The position numbers were made by a program, and so were the translations under genes. Positions 35,254 through 43,373 of a stretch of 46,621 bases of DNA are shown in pieces; the stretch's first letter is position 1; each line of letters opens with the position of its first letter. A model generated the notes under the pieces. The model worked only from the letters and a program-made list of their open reading frames with translations. It was not told the DNA's origin and ran no database searches. Source of the DNA: a bacterium (GTDB lineage: Bacteria > Patescibacteriota > Microgenomatia > UBA1400 > PJMF01); NCBI GenBank assembly GCA_030539095.1, contig JAUNST010000001.1:2377-48997 (forward strand), read 5' to 3'.

Positions 35254-36642
35254 ATGAAAAAATGTGCGCAATTTTTAGTTAGTCTTTTTGTTTTTAGCTT
35301 CGTTTTTTTGGCTCTGGTAAATTCGGTGGCGGCTAATAGCTTCGAAATTTATCCTAGTAATTCGCGTTTATCTTTTCGCGGTGCCATGGGCGGCGGCAAT
35401 ACAGCCGGTACCTCAATTGCGCTTATTCAAACAACTGGCAATTTAGCAAATAAAATTTATTCTGTTAATGCTGGTCAACTTATGAACGGTGATGAAATCA
35501 CTATTGGAGATAGCACCTACGTAGTGGCAACCACCAGTGCTAGTTTACAAAGCAATCAGATTCCCCTCGCTTCTGTTTTAGGAAGTGACAATATTGCCAT
35601 TAATACTCCAGTTATCCATAATGCTTCGGGGCCAATTAAAATTAGCGTGCAAGCGGACAATATTAATCCTGGTGATGTTTTCTTTGTTTACGTGCAAGCC
35701 GCTTCTGGTAGCGCTGCTTTAGCCAATGATGGTTTGCCAGACTATGACGGCTTCGATTTTAATTTTAATGCGCAAATTGTTTGTCCAAGTAATGCTACTT
35801 ACGTTGCCGAGGCGACGCCGGCTTCTAATGTTTCTTCTCTACATGGTTTCAGTTGCGCTTACGCTGGAGATTCAGCTTTAACTAATCAAAGTTTTGATTT
35901 GTATATCAATGATTTGATTAATCCGACTCCAGAAGTTGGTCAATCAATTAATAATTTAGGTATTTTTAATTTTCTGGTCGCCCAACGAGATCAAGCGGGA
36001 AATAATATTTTCTTGAACAGTGATTATGTTGGTTTGGGCAATGCAGTCAAAATGACTGTCCGCGTGGCGCCGCAGCTAACTTTTAAGATTGAAGGTGTTG
36101 GCGTGGACGCGACTGCCTGTGGCACTTTGACTACCACTGCCACCACCGGAACTTTGGTGCCTTTTGGCGGTATCGGTTATACTTCTTTCGCTGATGCGGC
36201 GCAAAGAATTTTAGTTAATACTAACGCGGCCAATGGTTATGTGATTACTGCTGTTGAAACTGATCAAATGAGTTTGGGCGGTGGAGTTTGCAGCGGTGAT
36301 GGTGTGAGTAATACGGCTTGTATTCCTAATTACAGTACGCCAGGTATTCCATTGCCTTGGAATACTGTTTCCGGTAATTTCGGTTTTTCGATGGAAGTGG
36401 TTTCTGGCGATACTTACTTAAACGGAAATACGCCAAACGTGACTCCAATTTTCACTTATACCAACGGTTGGAGCAGTTTTCCAGATATGCAAGCCGGAAG
36501 CGCGCCAATGCAAATCATTGAAAACTTACGTTCAACAAATGGCGACGTGATCGACGTCTGTTATCGTATTGCCGCTGACGCCACTACTAAACCTGGAGAA
36601 TATTGGACTTCAGTTACTTATACCGTTACAGCTTCATTTTAA
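35254..36642 (+). CDS. Secreted cell-surface protein, beta-rich (possibly WxL-like C-terminal domain)
   Basis: Start moved to MKKCAQFLVSLFVFSFVFLALVNSVAA (signal peptide), because the track start overlaps the tuf terminator. The C-terminal half has MTVRVAPQLTFKIEG...LVPFGG...ILVNTNAANGYVITA...EYWTSVTYTVTASF. Confidence 0.55.
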   Translation: MKKCAQFLVSLFVFSFVFLALVNSVAANSFEIYPSNSRLSFRGAMGGGNTAGTSIALIQTTGNLANKIYSVNAGQLMNGDEITIGDSTYVVATTSASLQSNQIPLASVLGSDNIAINTPVIHNASGPIKISVQADNINPGDVFFVYVQAASGSAALANDGLPDYDGFDFNFNAQIVCPSNATYVAEATPASNVSSLHGFSCAYAGDSALTNQSFDLYINDLINPTPEVGQSINNLGIFNFLVAQRDQAGNNIFLNSDYVGLGNAVKMTVRVAPQLTFKIEGVGVDATACGTLTTTATTGTLVPFGGIGYTSFADAAQRILVNTNAANGYVITAVETDQMSLGGGVCSGDGVSNTACIPNYSTPGIPLPWNTVSGNFGFSMEVVSGDTYLNGNTPNVTPIFTYTNGWSSFPDMQAGSAPMQIIENLRSTNGDVIDVCYRIAADATTKPGEYWTSVTYTVTASF

Positions 36643-36666
36643 CAAGAATCAGAAAGGAAAAAGAGA

Positions 36667-37737
36667 ATGAAAAGCAGTCAAAAAGTTATCACCAGCCTTG
36701 CTCTTTTGCTTGGTTTAGGTTTTGCTAGCCTCGCTCATGTTCAGGCACAGCAAGCAGCTGCCGCCACTAGCTGCAATGCCAATGTGGTGACTTTAACTGC
36801 GGTACCGCCGCGTTTGGGCGACGACTACAGCATTGTCTTAAAACCTGGAGAAACGCGGCAAATCGAAATTGAAGTGCGCAATCCTTCGGATTGCCCGATT
36901 ACTATTGAAACTTTTGCCCGTGATTTTATTATTGCGGACGACGGCGAAACGCCAATCGGCGTTGATGACGATGTGAGCAGCAAGTGGAGTTTAGCCAATT
37001 GGCTAACTATGACTCCTAATACCGTTGTTCTTAAAGAACGCGGCTCGGCAACTGTTTTAGTGAATATTACTGTTCCAGAAGATGCACTTCCTGGCGGCCG
37101 TTACGCGATGATTTTACATCGCCCAGCCAGCGGCAGCGATACCGCGCAAGCAACTGGCGCTAAAGTGACGGCTCAAGTTGGTACTTTGTTATATGTCGTC
37201 GTTGACGGTGAGTTAGTAGAAAATGCCGATGTTGCGGATTTTTCTTTCACCGACTTCAATGAATTTGGCCCGATAGATTATAGCTTCACTATTCAAAATG
37301 GTTCTAGTTTGCATATTCGCCCAGAAACTGAAATTACGGTCAAAAATATGCTGGGTAAAGAAATTGCTAAAATCGATCCTGAACAAAAAAATATTTTCCC
37401 GGATAGTGAAAGAAAATTCACCGGTACTTGGGATACCAACTGGGGCTTTGGTCGCTACACTGCAGATTTAACTGGCACTTACGGCAATCAAGGCGGCACT
37501 TTAAGCGCGCAAACAGCATTTTGGATTATTCCCGTGCGGATTATCTTAGCAATTTTGTTAGTTTTCGTCCTTATTATTGCGGTTATTGTAACTACAAGAC
37601 GTAAATATACCAAGATGTTAGATATTGAAGCGGAAAAAGTGCGTCGTTTAGATGAAAAATTGGATGAACAAAATAATGCTCAACCAATAGCTGAACGCAC
37701 GGCAAAAACTGATTCCGAGTCGACACCAAAAGTTTAA
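36667..37737 (+). CDS. Surface protein with a signal peptide, Ig/chaperone-like domains and a C-terminal TM anchor (DUF916/DUF3324-like architecture)
   Basis: 356 aa. Signal peptide ending in AHVQA, then VTLTAVPPRLGDDYSIVLKPGETRQIEIEVRN...LPGGRYAMIL...GTLLYVVV, a C-terminal TM IILAILLVFVLIIAVIVTTRRK and a charged tail. Confidence 0.5.
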   Translation: MKSSQKVITSLALLLGLGFASLAHVQAQQAAAATSCNANVVTLTAVPPRLGDDYSIVLKPGETRQIEIEVRNPSDCPITIETFARDFIIADDGETPIGVDDDVSSKWSLANWLTMTPNTVVLKERGSATVLVNITVPEDALPGGRYAMILHRPASGSDTAQATGAKVTAQVGTLLYVVVDGELVENADVADFSFTDFNEFGPIDYSFTIQNGSSLHIRPETEITVKNMLGKEIAKIDPEQKNIFPDSERKFTGTWDTNWGFGRYTADLTGTYGNQGGTLSAQTAFWIIPVRIILAILLVFVLIIAVIVTTRRKYTKMLDIEAEKVRRLDEKLDEQNNAQPIAERTAKTDSESTPKV

Positions 37738-37759
37738 TCTTTATTAAGAACTACTTTGA

Positions 37760-37789
37760 CTCCCCTGTTTGAAAAACAGGGGAGTTTTT
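37760..37789 (+). terminator. Intrinsic terminator
   Basis: ctcccctgttt-gaa-aaacaggggag followed by TTTTT. Confidence 0.8.
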
Positions 37790-37824
37790 CTAGTAAAATC
37801 AGGGATTTGTGTTATGATGTAGCA

Positions 37825-38361
37825 GTGAAAAGAAATGGACAAAACTTTTTTGCTTTGGTTTTGAAGTGCCGCAAAAATCGCGAGCAAGATTTATCCGTGA
37901 CTTTGCTCACTCGTGAGCAAGGAAAAGTGATTGCTGTCGCTAAAGGCGTCTGTAAGTTGACTTCTAGCAAAAGAGCGTATTTAGAACCAGGCAATTTAGT
38001 GCAAGTGCAATTAGTAGAAACTAAAAATTGGCCAATTTTGACGCAAGCAAAATTGGTGGCAGATACCGGCAAAGCGCGCGAAGACTTGGTGCAGGTGCGA
38101 AGATTATTTTTGTATTTGGAAATTTTAGATTTACTTTTGACTGCCGAAGAAATTCCCGTGCCGCTATGGCAAAAAATTATTTATCTGCGAGAAATTTTAT
38201 TGCAAAATATGAGTACGCGTTTGGTGCGCCAAGAGTTTAAGGCTATTTTAGCTACTTTAGGTTATGCAGATGAAAGCCAAGAATTGACTTCTGTGACTAA
38301 TTTAGTTAGTGAAGTCACTGGCAATCGTTTGTGTACTTATGAATATTTGCGAGTGAAATAA
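37825..38361 (+). CDS. recO: DNA repair protein RecO (short form)
   Basis: LTREQGKVIAVAKGVCKLTSSKRAYLEPGNLVQVQLVETKNWPILTQAKL is a RecO N-terminal OB-fold pattern. The track start at 37756 lies inside the upstream terminator. The true start is unresolved (GTG at 37825 or TTG at 37807). Confidence 0.65.
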   Translation: MKRNGQNFFALVLKCRKNREQDLSVTLLTREQGKVIAVAKGVCKLTSSKRAYLEPGNLVQVQLVETKNWPILTQAKLVADTGKAREDLVQVRRLFLYLEILDLLLTAEEIPVPLWQKIIYLREILLQNMSTRLVRQEFKAILATLGYADESQELTSVTNLVSEVTGNRLCTYEYLRVK

Positions 38362-38402
38362 TTTTTTGCCAGACTGAATAATGCTTAAAGGCTGCTAATG
38401 CA

Positions 38403-38431
38403 AAAACCCCCGCTCGTGAGAGCGGGGGTTT
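38403..38431. terminator. Bidirectional intrinsic terminator between convergent recO and the pilin gene
   Basis: aaaacccccgctc-gtga-gagcgggggttt, with A/T runs on both sides. Confidence 0.75.
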
Positions 38432-38451
38432 CAATTTTTCTTTTATTTATT

Positions 38452-38880
38452 TTAACCGTTTGCCTTTGGTTCTGACAAAGTCGGAACAGTTAAACCAGTG
38501 TCACCAAAAGCAATAGTGAGCACCAATTGGAAAATCGCCCACGTTGCAGCTAGAATCAGTAAACCGATAATAGCGCTGGTGATTTTATTTCTGGCATCTT
38601 CCACTTTACTCTTTTCACCGCCAGAAGTGATCCATTTAATGGCACCATAAATAAGGTAAGCAAAAGTGAGAGCGGCGGCCACGATAAAGATGATCGTCAC
38701 CACATTAGGGATTAAAGTGCTAGCATCAGAAGCAACATCAATACCTTCAGGAGCTAAATTGCTTAAATTTAACGTATTACTTTTCTTCGCATCTGCGGCT
38801 TGAATTTGTCCGCCAAAAGCCATCGCCGTTAGCGCAAAAACCGCTAAACTGAGAACTAGTTTTTTGCCGAATTTTTTCAT
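38452..38880 (-). CDS. TrbC/VirB2-like (type IV secretion-type) pilin
   Basis: Start at MKKFGKKLVLSLAVFALTAMAFGG (signal peptide). The mature part has two hydrophobic helices separated by a charged loop (VVTIIFIVAAALTFAYLIYGAIKWITSGGEKSKVEDARNKITSAIIGLLILAATWAIFQLVL). The call rests on topology only. Confidence 0.45.
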   Translation of the reverse strand: MKKFGKKLVLSLAVFALTAMAFGGQIQAADAKKSNTLNLSNLAPEGIDVASDASTLIPNVVTIIFIVAAALTFAYLIYGAIKWITSGGEKSKVEDARNKITSAIIGLLILAATWAIFQLVLTIAFGDTGLTVPTLSEPKANG

Positions 38881-38931
38881 AAGCAAAAACCTTTCATTTC
38901 TTCTAATTGAAGACAATTAAATTGCTTCTTA

Positions 38932-39930
38932 TTAATTTTGCTCTTCTAGTGTAACATTTACTTTTTTGCTTGTCAAGTCGAAATAGAGAACTTTTTCACC
39001 TAAGTGATTGGTGGCTAAATATTGATGAGGCGTGGCGGTTTTTTGCAAACTAGCCACTGGCACTTTGCCGCGCCCAACGGGTAGATCTAAATAATATTCT
39101 GGCAAACTTGTTGACGGCAAAAGTTGGGCTAGTTTTTGCATAAGTGCTAAACCGTCCGCTACGCTGACGCGAAAATGGCTAATACCAGGCGCTTGATCAA
39201 GATGATAAAGACGGTACGGCTGAATGCCAATTTCTTTTAAGCGTGAGCATAGTTGTTGCAAAACTGTTGGCGTGTCATTCACACCAGCTAAAAGCACGGA
39301 TTGGCTTTTGAGAATCAATTCAGGAAATTTCTTTTTTAAATTTTTAATTAAATCCGTGAATGCCAAAGAAATTTCCTGAGGGTGATTAATGTGAATGACG
39401 AGGATGATTTTTTTGCCAGAAAGGGCAAAAAAATCATCGGCACGTTTGGGCGTTAAAGCCAAAGGGTTAAAAACCGGCAGCCGTGAATGCCAACGTACAG
39501 TTTTAATCGTGGAGGTCGCGAGTAAGACTTTTTTCAGCGCCTGCCATTTTTTAGTTTCTACCAAAAGCGGATCACCACCGGAAAGAATAAATTCATCAAC
39601 TTCTGGATGAGCTTTGAGATAAGCGGCAAGAGCGGCTAAATCGAGTTTCGTTTCTTGATGCGTAAAGTCGCTAGCGCGGCGAAAACAAAAACGGCAATGA
39701 CCGGCGCAAGTTTGATTTAAAACTAAAAGCACTTTGTGTGGGTAACGGTGAATTAGACCAGGCAATACTTCATTAACGTGATCACCGATTGGATCCGCGT
39801 TTTCGCCAGCTACAATTCGCTGTTCTTTATCGCTGGCAACTAACATTTTTGCCAGTGGACAATGGTCAACGTCTTGCCAATTAATTAATTGGCGATAAAA
39901 TTCGGGAATTTGTTCGGAAAAATCAAGCAT
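38932..39930 (-). CDS. epmB: KamA-family radical SAM lysine 2,3-aminomutase (EF-P beta-lysylation protein EpmB-like)
   Basis: 332 aa. The CAGHCRFCFRR radical-SAM cluster motif sits in the LLVLNQTCAGHCRFCFRR context, and size and layout match the EpmB/YjeK type. Confidence 0.75.
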   Translation of the reverse strand: MLDFSEQIPEFYRQLINWQDVDHCPLAKMLVASDKEQRIVAGENADPIGDHVNEVLPGLIHRYPHKVLLVLNQTCAGHCRFCFRRASDFTHQETKLDLAALAAYLKAHPEVDEFILSGGDPLLVETKKWQALKKVLLATSTIKTVRWHSRLPVFNPLALTPKRADDFFALSGKKIILVIHINHPQEISLAFTDLIKNLKKKFPELILKSQSVLLAGVNDTPTVLQQLCSRLKEIGIQPYRLYHLDQAPGISHFRVSVADGLALMQKLAQLLPSTSLPEYYLDLPVGRGKVPVASLQKTATPHQYLATNHLGEKVLYFDLTSKKVNVTLEEQN

Positions 39931-41758
39931 ATTGGCTAGCGACGTTAAGATCGCGTTTGCGTAAACGGAGAGACTTTGGCGTCACTTCCATTAATTCGTC
40001 AGCAGCTAAATAAGCCAGTGCTTGTTCTAAAGAAAATTGTTTTGGCGGTGAAAGTCGAATTAGCACATCAGCATTAGAACGAACATTAGTTAATTTTTTA
40101 CCTTTGCACAAATTAATTGCGATGTCTTCTTTTTTACTGTTTTCGCCCACAATCATACCAGCATAAATCGGTGTACCTGGAGTCACAAAAGTGACGCCTC
40201 TTTCTTCCAAACGAGCTAAATCGTAGGAAAGCGCTTGACCGCTGTGAGAAGCGATGAAAACGCCATTACGTTGCCACGCCATTTCTTCGCCTACCGGTCG
40301 GTAACCTAAAAAGACGGAATTAATTAAACCGCTACCAGATGTTTTAGTTTGGAATTCGCTCCGGAAACCGATCAAATTACGAGAGGAAATTTCGTATTCA
40401 AAACGAACGCCATTGGGCAAATTACGCATATTGCGGAAAATCGCTTTCCGGTCGCCCATGGCCGCAGTAACGACGCCCACGTGATCTTCTGTGGTTTCAA
40501 TCGTCAAAAGTTCCCACGGTTCAGTTTTAGTTTCACCGTCCATTTTGAAAATTACTTCTGGGCGGCCGACACTAAATTCATAACCTTCGCGGCGCATATT
40601 CTCAATTAAAATAGCTAAATGTAATTCACCACGGCCAGAAACTAAAAACGATTCACTATTCGGGCCCGGCGCTAAACGTAAACCTACATTGCGTTCTAGT
40701 TCTTTTTCTAAACGAGCTTTGAGCTGGCGTGAAGTGTTAAATTCTCCTTCTTGGCCAACGAAAGGCGACGTGGAAACTAAAAATTGCACTTGAATTGTTG
40801 GTTCAGAAATAGCAATGTGTGGCAAAGATTCTAAATGCTCCGGATCGCAAAGAGTGTCAGAAATTTTAGCATGACTAAAACCGGTAATGGCCACAATATC
40901 TCCGCTATCTGCGCTTTCAATTTCTTTTTTACCTAAACCAAAAAACTCATAAAGAAATTCCACTTTAGCAGTTTCCACTTTTTCATTGTTTTCACCGCGT
41001 ACTAGCGCTAATTGCTCGCCGCGTTTAATTGTGCCTCGTTTAATTTTGCCAATAATATATTGGCCTTTGTAATCGTCAAAATCAATATTACTCACCTGCA
41101 TTTGCGCTGGTCCGGTTTGCACTTGAGGCGCAGGAATATATTCCGTAATCCCTTCAAAAAGCGGAGTTAGATCGGTGCTATCAGTGATTTTCATTGAATT
41201 ATCCGCTAAAGTTTCCACTTGTCTACCGGCAATGCCTTCGCGCCCAATGGCGTAAAAAATCGGAAACTCAAGTTGCGATTCGTCGACAGCTAAATCTAAA
41301 AACAAATCGGTGATTTCATTAATCACTTCACCAGCCCGCTGATCTTTACGATCCACTTTGTTCACCACCACAATTGGTTTGAGGCCAAGTTTAAGAGCTA
41401 AAGATAAAACAAAACGAGTTTGCGAAAGCACTCCTTCGGAAGAATCAACCAAAAGCACACAGCCTTCGGCCATATTGAGCACACGCTCCACTTCGCCTGA
41501 GAAATCAGCGTGACCAGGAGTATCAATAATATTGATTTTATAATCGCGCCAATGCACGGCCGTATTTTTCGCTAAAATAGTTACGCCACGCTCGCGCTCA
41601 ATAGCGTTGTTGTCGAGAATGGTTGTTTGTTGCATTTCTGCTTGATAAGCCGCAAAAGTTTTGGCTTGTTTAAGCAGACCATCCACCAAGGTAGTTTTAC
41701 CGTGGTCAACGTGAGCAATAATAGCGATATTACGGATCTTGTCCGCTGCAACTGTCAT
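39923..41758 (-). CDS. typA: Translational GTPase TypA/BipA
   Basis: 611 aa. [42 protein letters not shown] and a BipA-specific C-terminal domain. Confidence 0.95.
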   Translation of the reverse strand: MTVAADKIRNIAIIAHVDHGKTTLVDGLLKQAKTFAAYQAEMQQTTILDNNAIERERGVTILAKNTAVHWRDYKINIIDTPGHADFSGEVERVLNMAEGCVLLVDSSEGVLSQTRFVLSLALKLGLKPIVVVNKVDRKDQRAGEVINEITDLFLDLAVDESQLEFPIFYAIGREGIAGRQVETLADNSMKITDSTDLTPLFEGITEYIPAPQVQTGPAQMQVSNIDFDDYKGQYIIGKIKRGTIKRGEQLALVRGENNEKVETAKVEFLYEFFGLGKKEIESADSGDIVAITGFSHAKISDTLCDPEHLESLPHIAISEPTIQVQFLVSTSPFVGQEGEFNTSRQLKARLEKELERNVGLRLAPGPNSESFLVSGRGELHLAILIENMRREGYEFSVGRPEVIFKMDGETKTEPWELLTIETTEDHVGVVTAAMGDRKAIFRNMRNLPNGVRFEYEISSRNLIGFRSEFQTKTSGSGLINSVFLGYRPVGEEMAWQRNGVFIASHSGQALSYDLARLEERGVTFVTPGTPIYAGMIVGENSKKEDIAINLCKGKKLTNVRSNADVLIRLSPPKQFSLEQALAYLAADELMEVTPKSLRLRKRDLNVASQYA

Positions 41759-41780
41759 TTTATTTTTCCTTTACCAATGA

Positions 41781-42038
41781 TTATTTGCTGGAACTCAATT
41801 TTTCGTGCATGCGGCCAATGATATCTGGAGAAATATTTTTCATTTTCTTTAAACCGCGTAAGCGACGACGCAAGCGACGATTGTCATTGGTAGCATTTTT
41901 GCGTACTTGGGAAGGTTTAAGATGGTATTGACGGTCACGAACCACTTGATTAACGTCCAAAGAAACGCTAATTTTCTTAAAGCGTTTAATTAAATCATTA
42001 ACTGATTCATTACCTCTGTTTTTAACGACGATACTCAT
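41781..42038 (-). CDS. rpsU: 30S ribosomal protein bS21
   Basis: 85 aa. VVKNRGNESVNDLIKRFKK...RDRQYHLKPSQVRK...RRLR is bS21-like with an extended basic C-terminus. Confidence 0.88.
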   Translation of the reverse strand: MSIVVKNRGNESVNDLIKRFKKISVSLDVNQVVRDRQYHLKPSQVRKNATNDNRRLRRRLRGLKKMKNISPDIIGRMHEKLSSSK

Positions 42039-42079
42039 ATTCGCTCACCCCCTTCCCCAAAAAATTACAAATTTGTATT

Positions 42080-42105
42080 TAAGACTGGTTATTATATCAC
42101 AAAAA
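42080..42105 (-). promoter_or_regulatory. Extended -10 promoter of rpsU (TTTTTGTGATATAATAACCAGTCTTA)
   Basis: It shares the same block as the rplU and rpsT promoters, but here it is followed by a ~40-nt leader with GGGGGTGAG before the ATG. Confidence 0.5.
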
Positions 42106-42167
42106 CACGATATTACTAGAGGCAGATAAAAGAAAAGGCCAAAAATAGTCGCTTAATTAATAAAGTA

Positions 42168-42339
42168 TGTTATAATGTGATAATAAGGTACTTTCTAGCT
42201 TAAACTGATATAAATGGAGGGAGGGAAAATCACTTAGCTAGAAAACCTGAAGGCTCTTTGACAACAAACTCCGAACAACTAACTCTGTGGGAACACGCTT
42301 TAACGTCGAACTTCAATAATTGAAGAAGGAGGAATTAAA
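42168..42339 (+). promoter_or_regulatory. Extended -10 (TGTTATAAT, 42168-42176) plus a ~160-nt structured leader upstream of the GNAT gene
   Basis: A 9-bp stem pairs tttctagct (42192-42200) with agctagaaa (42236-42244). It encloses a mini-ORF ATG GAG GGA GGG AAA ATC ACT TAG (42214-42237). The hairpin cttcaa-taa-ttgaag (42311-42325) abuts the AAGGAGG Shine-Dalgarno sequence. Confidence 0.35.
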
Positions 42340-42924
42340 GTGCGGTATTTCGAGAAATTGCCAGAAAGAGACGTTAAACTTTCTTTTGGCTTGGAAGGCA
42401 CAATCAGGGAGTTGCATATCCAAGATTTTGACACCATTTTGGATTTGCAAAATAATCACTGCATTCCTCGGGAAAAAGAATTGGGTCAGGAAGATTGGTC
42501 GCGCCAGCTCAACAAAAATGAGTTGATGCGCATTCTGGCGTCTGGTTTTATCCTGGGGGCGTTTGAAAAGTCGACCGGCAAATTGATGGGCTACGCGGCC
42601 TTCTATCACTTGGATCCGGAACAGCCGGTCAGCTATTACGCCAAACAGCTGAATGGATACGACCAAGCGCTGGTGGCTGAACTGAAAAAACCGCGAGTGC
42701 ACCCAGATTTCCGTGGCCATCAGCTCAGCAAAGCTCTCATTTTGAGAGGAATCGAGATCATTAAGACTCGTTTCACTCAAATTCAAGCTTTGGTGGTGGC
42801 GCTACCGATGGCGGATATTTATTCGCCAACTAAATTCGCGATGATGTCTTTCGAAGGAACGAATATCACTGCCCGCAATCGCGCTGGCAAGGAAAGGCGA
42901 GTTTATCTCTATCGTATCCAGTGA
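42340..42924 (+). CDS. GNAT-family N-acetyltransferase in a compositionally atypical cassette
   Basis: 194 aa. GTG start 7 nt after AAGGAGG. LVAELKKPRVHPDFRGHQLSKALILRGIEI fits GNAT motif A (V.P..RG.G....L). The gene has visibly higher G+C and CTG-rich codon usage. Confidence 0.7.
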   Translation: MRYFEKLPERDVKLSFGLEGTIRELHIQDFDTILDLQNNHCIPREKELGQEDWSRQLNKNELMRILASGFILGAFEKSTGKLMGYAAFYHLDPEQPVSYYAKQLNGYDQALVAELKKPRVHPDFRGHQLSKALILRGIEIIKTRFTQIQALVVALPMADIYSPTKFAMMSFEGTNITARNRAGKERRVYLYRIQ

Positions 42925-42984
42925 AAAAAAGTAGCAAGGTTAGGTGACGAAGTTTGAATAGACAAAAGAGTACGCTCGGATGTG

Positions 42985-43023
42985 GCGTCCTGTTTTCTTT
43001 TTGGAAAACAGGACGCTTTTTTT
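42985..43023 (+). terminator. Intrinsic terminator after the GNAT gene
   Basis: gcgtcctgttttc-ttttt-ggaaaacaggacgc followed by TTTTTTT. Confidence 0.8.
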
Positions 43024-43068
43024 GATGATAATTGGCACGCTAAAAATGTTTAATAAATGCTGTAGATC

Positions 43069-43088
43069 TGTGATATAATACTCGTCTT
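43069..43088 (+). promoter_or_regulatory. Extended -10 promoter of rpsT (TGTGATATAATACTCGTCTT, then ATG)
   Basis: -10 TATAAT at 43074-43079, ATG 9 nt later, no Shine-Dalgarno sequence. Confidence 0.55.
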
Positions 43089-43322
43089 ATGCCAATTTTG
43101 AAAAATGCAAAAAAAGCTTTGCGTGTTAGTGAACGCAAACAAGTAATTAATCGCCAAGTGAAAACTAAATTAAAAACCGGCGTCGATAAAGTTTTAAAAA
43201 GCAAAAAAGTTGCTGATTTGCCACAAGCTTTCAGTACTATCGACAAAGCGGTCAAAAAAAACTTGATTCATAAAAATAAAGCTGCTCGTCTTAAAGCTCG
43301 AGTGGCTAAAGCAGCTAAATAA
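43089..43322 (+). CDS. rpsT: 30S ribosomal protein bS20
   Basis: 77 aa. MPILKNAKKALRVSERKQVINRQVKTKLKT...IHKNKAARLKARV. Confidence 0.93.
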   Translation: MPILKNAKKALRVSERKQVINRQVKTKLKTGVDKVLKSKKVADLPQAFSTIDKAVKKNLIHKNKAARLKARVAKAAK

Positions 43323-43373
43323 TTTTAGCTTTTTCCTTTGTCAGCAAGCGAATCTGGTTTTTAAATAAAAACC

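Noticed and set aside
42313-42786. 157-aa minus-strand ORF
   Set aside because: It is antisense to the GNAT gene. Long antisense ORFs are expected in a locally G+C-richer segment. It has no start context or motifs.
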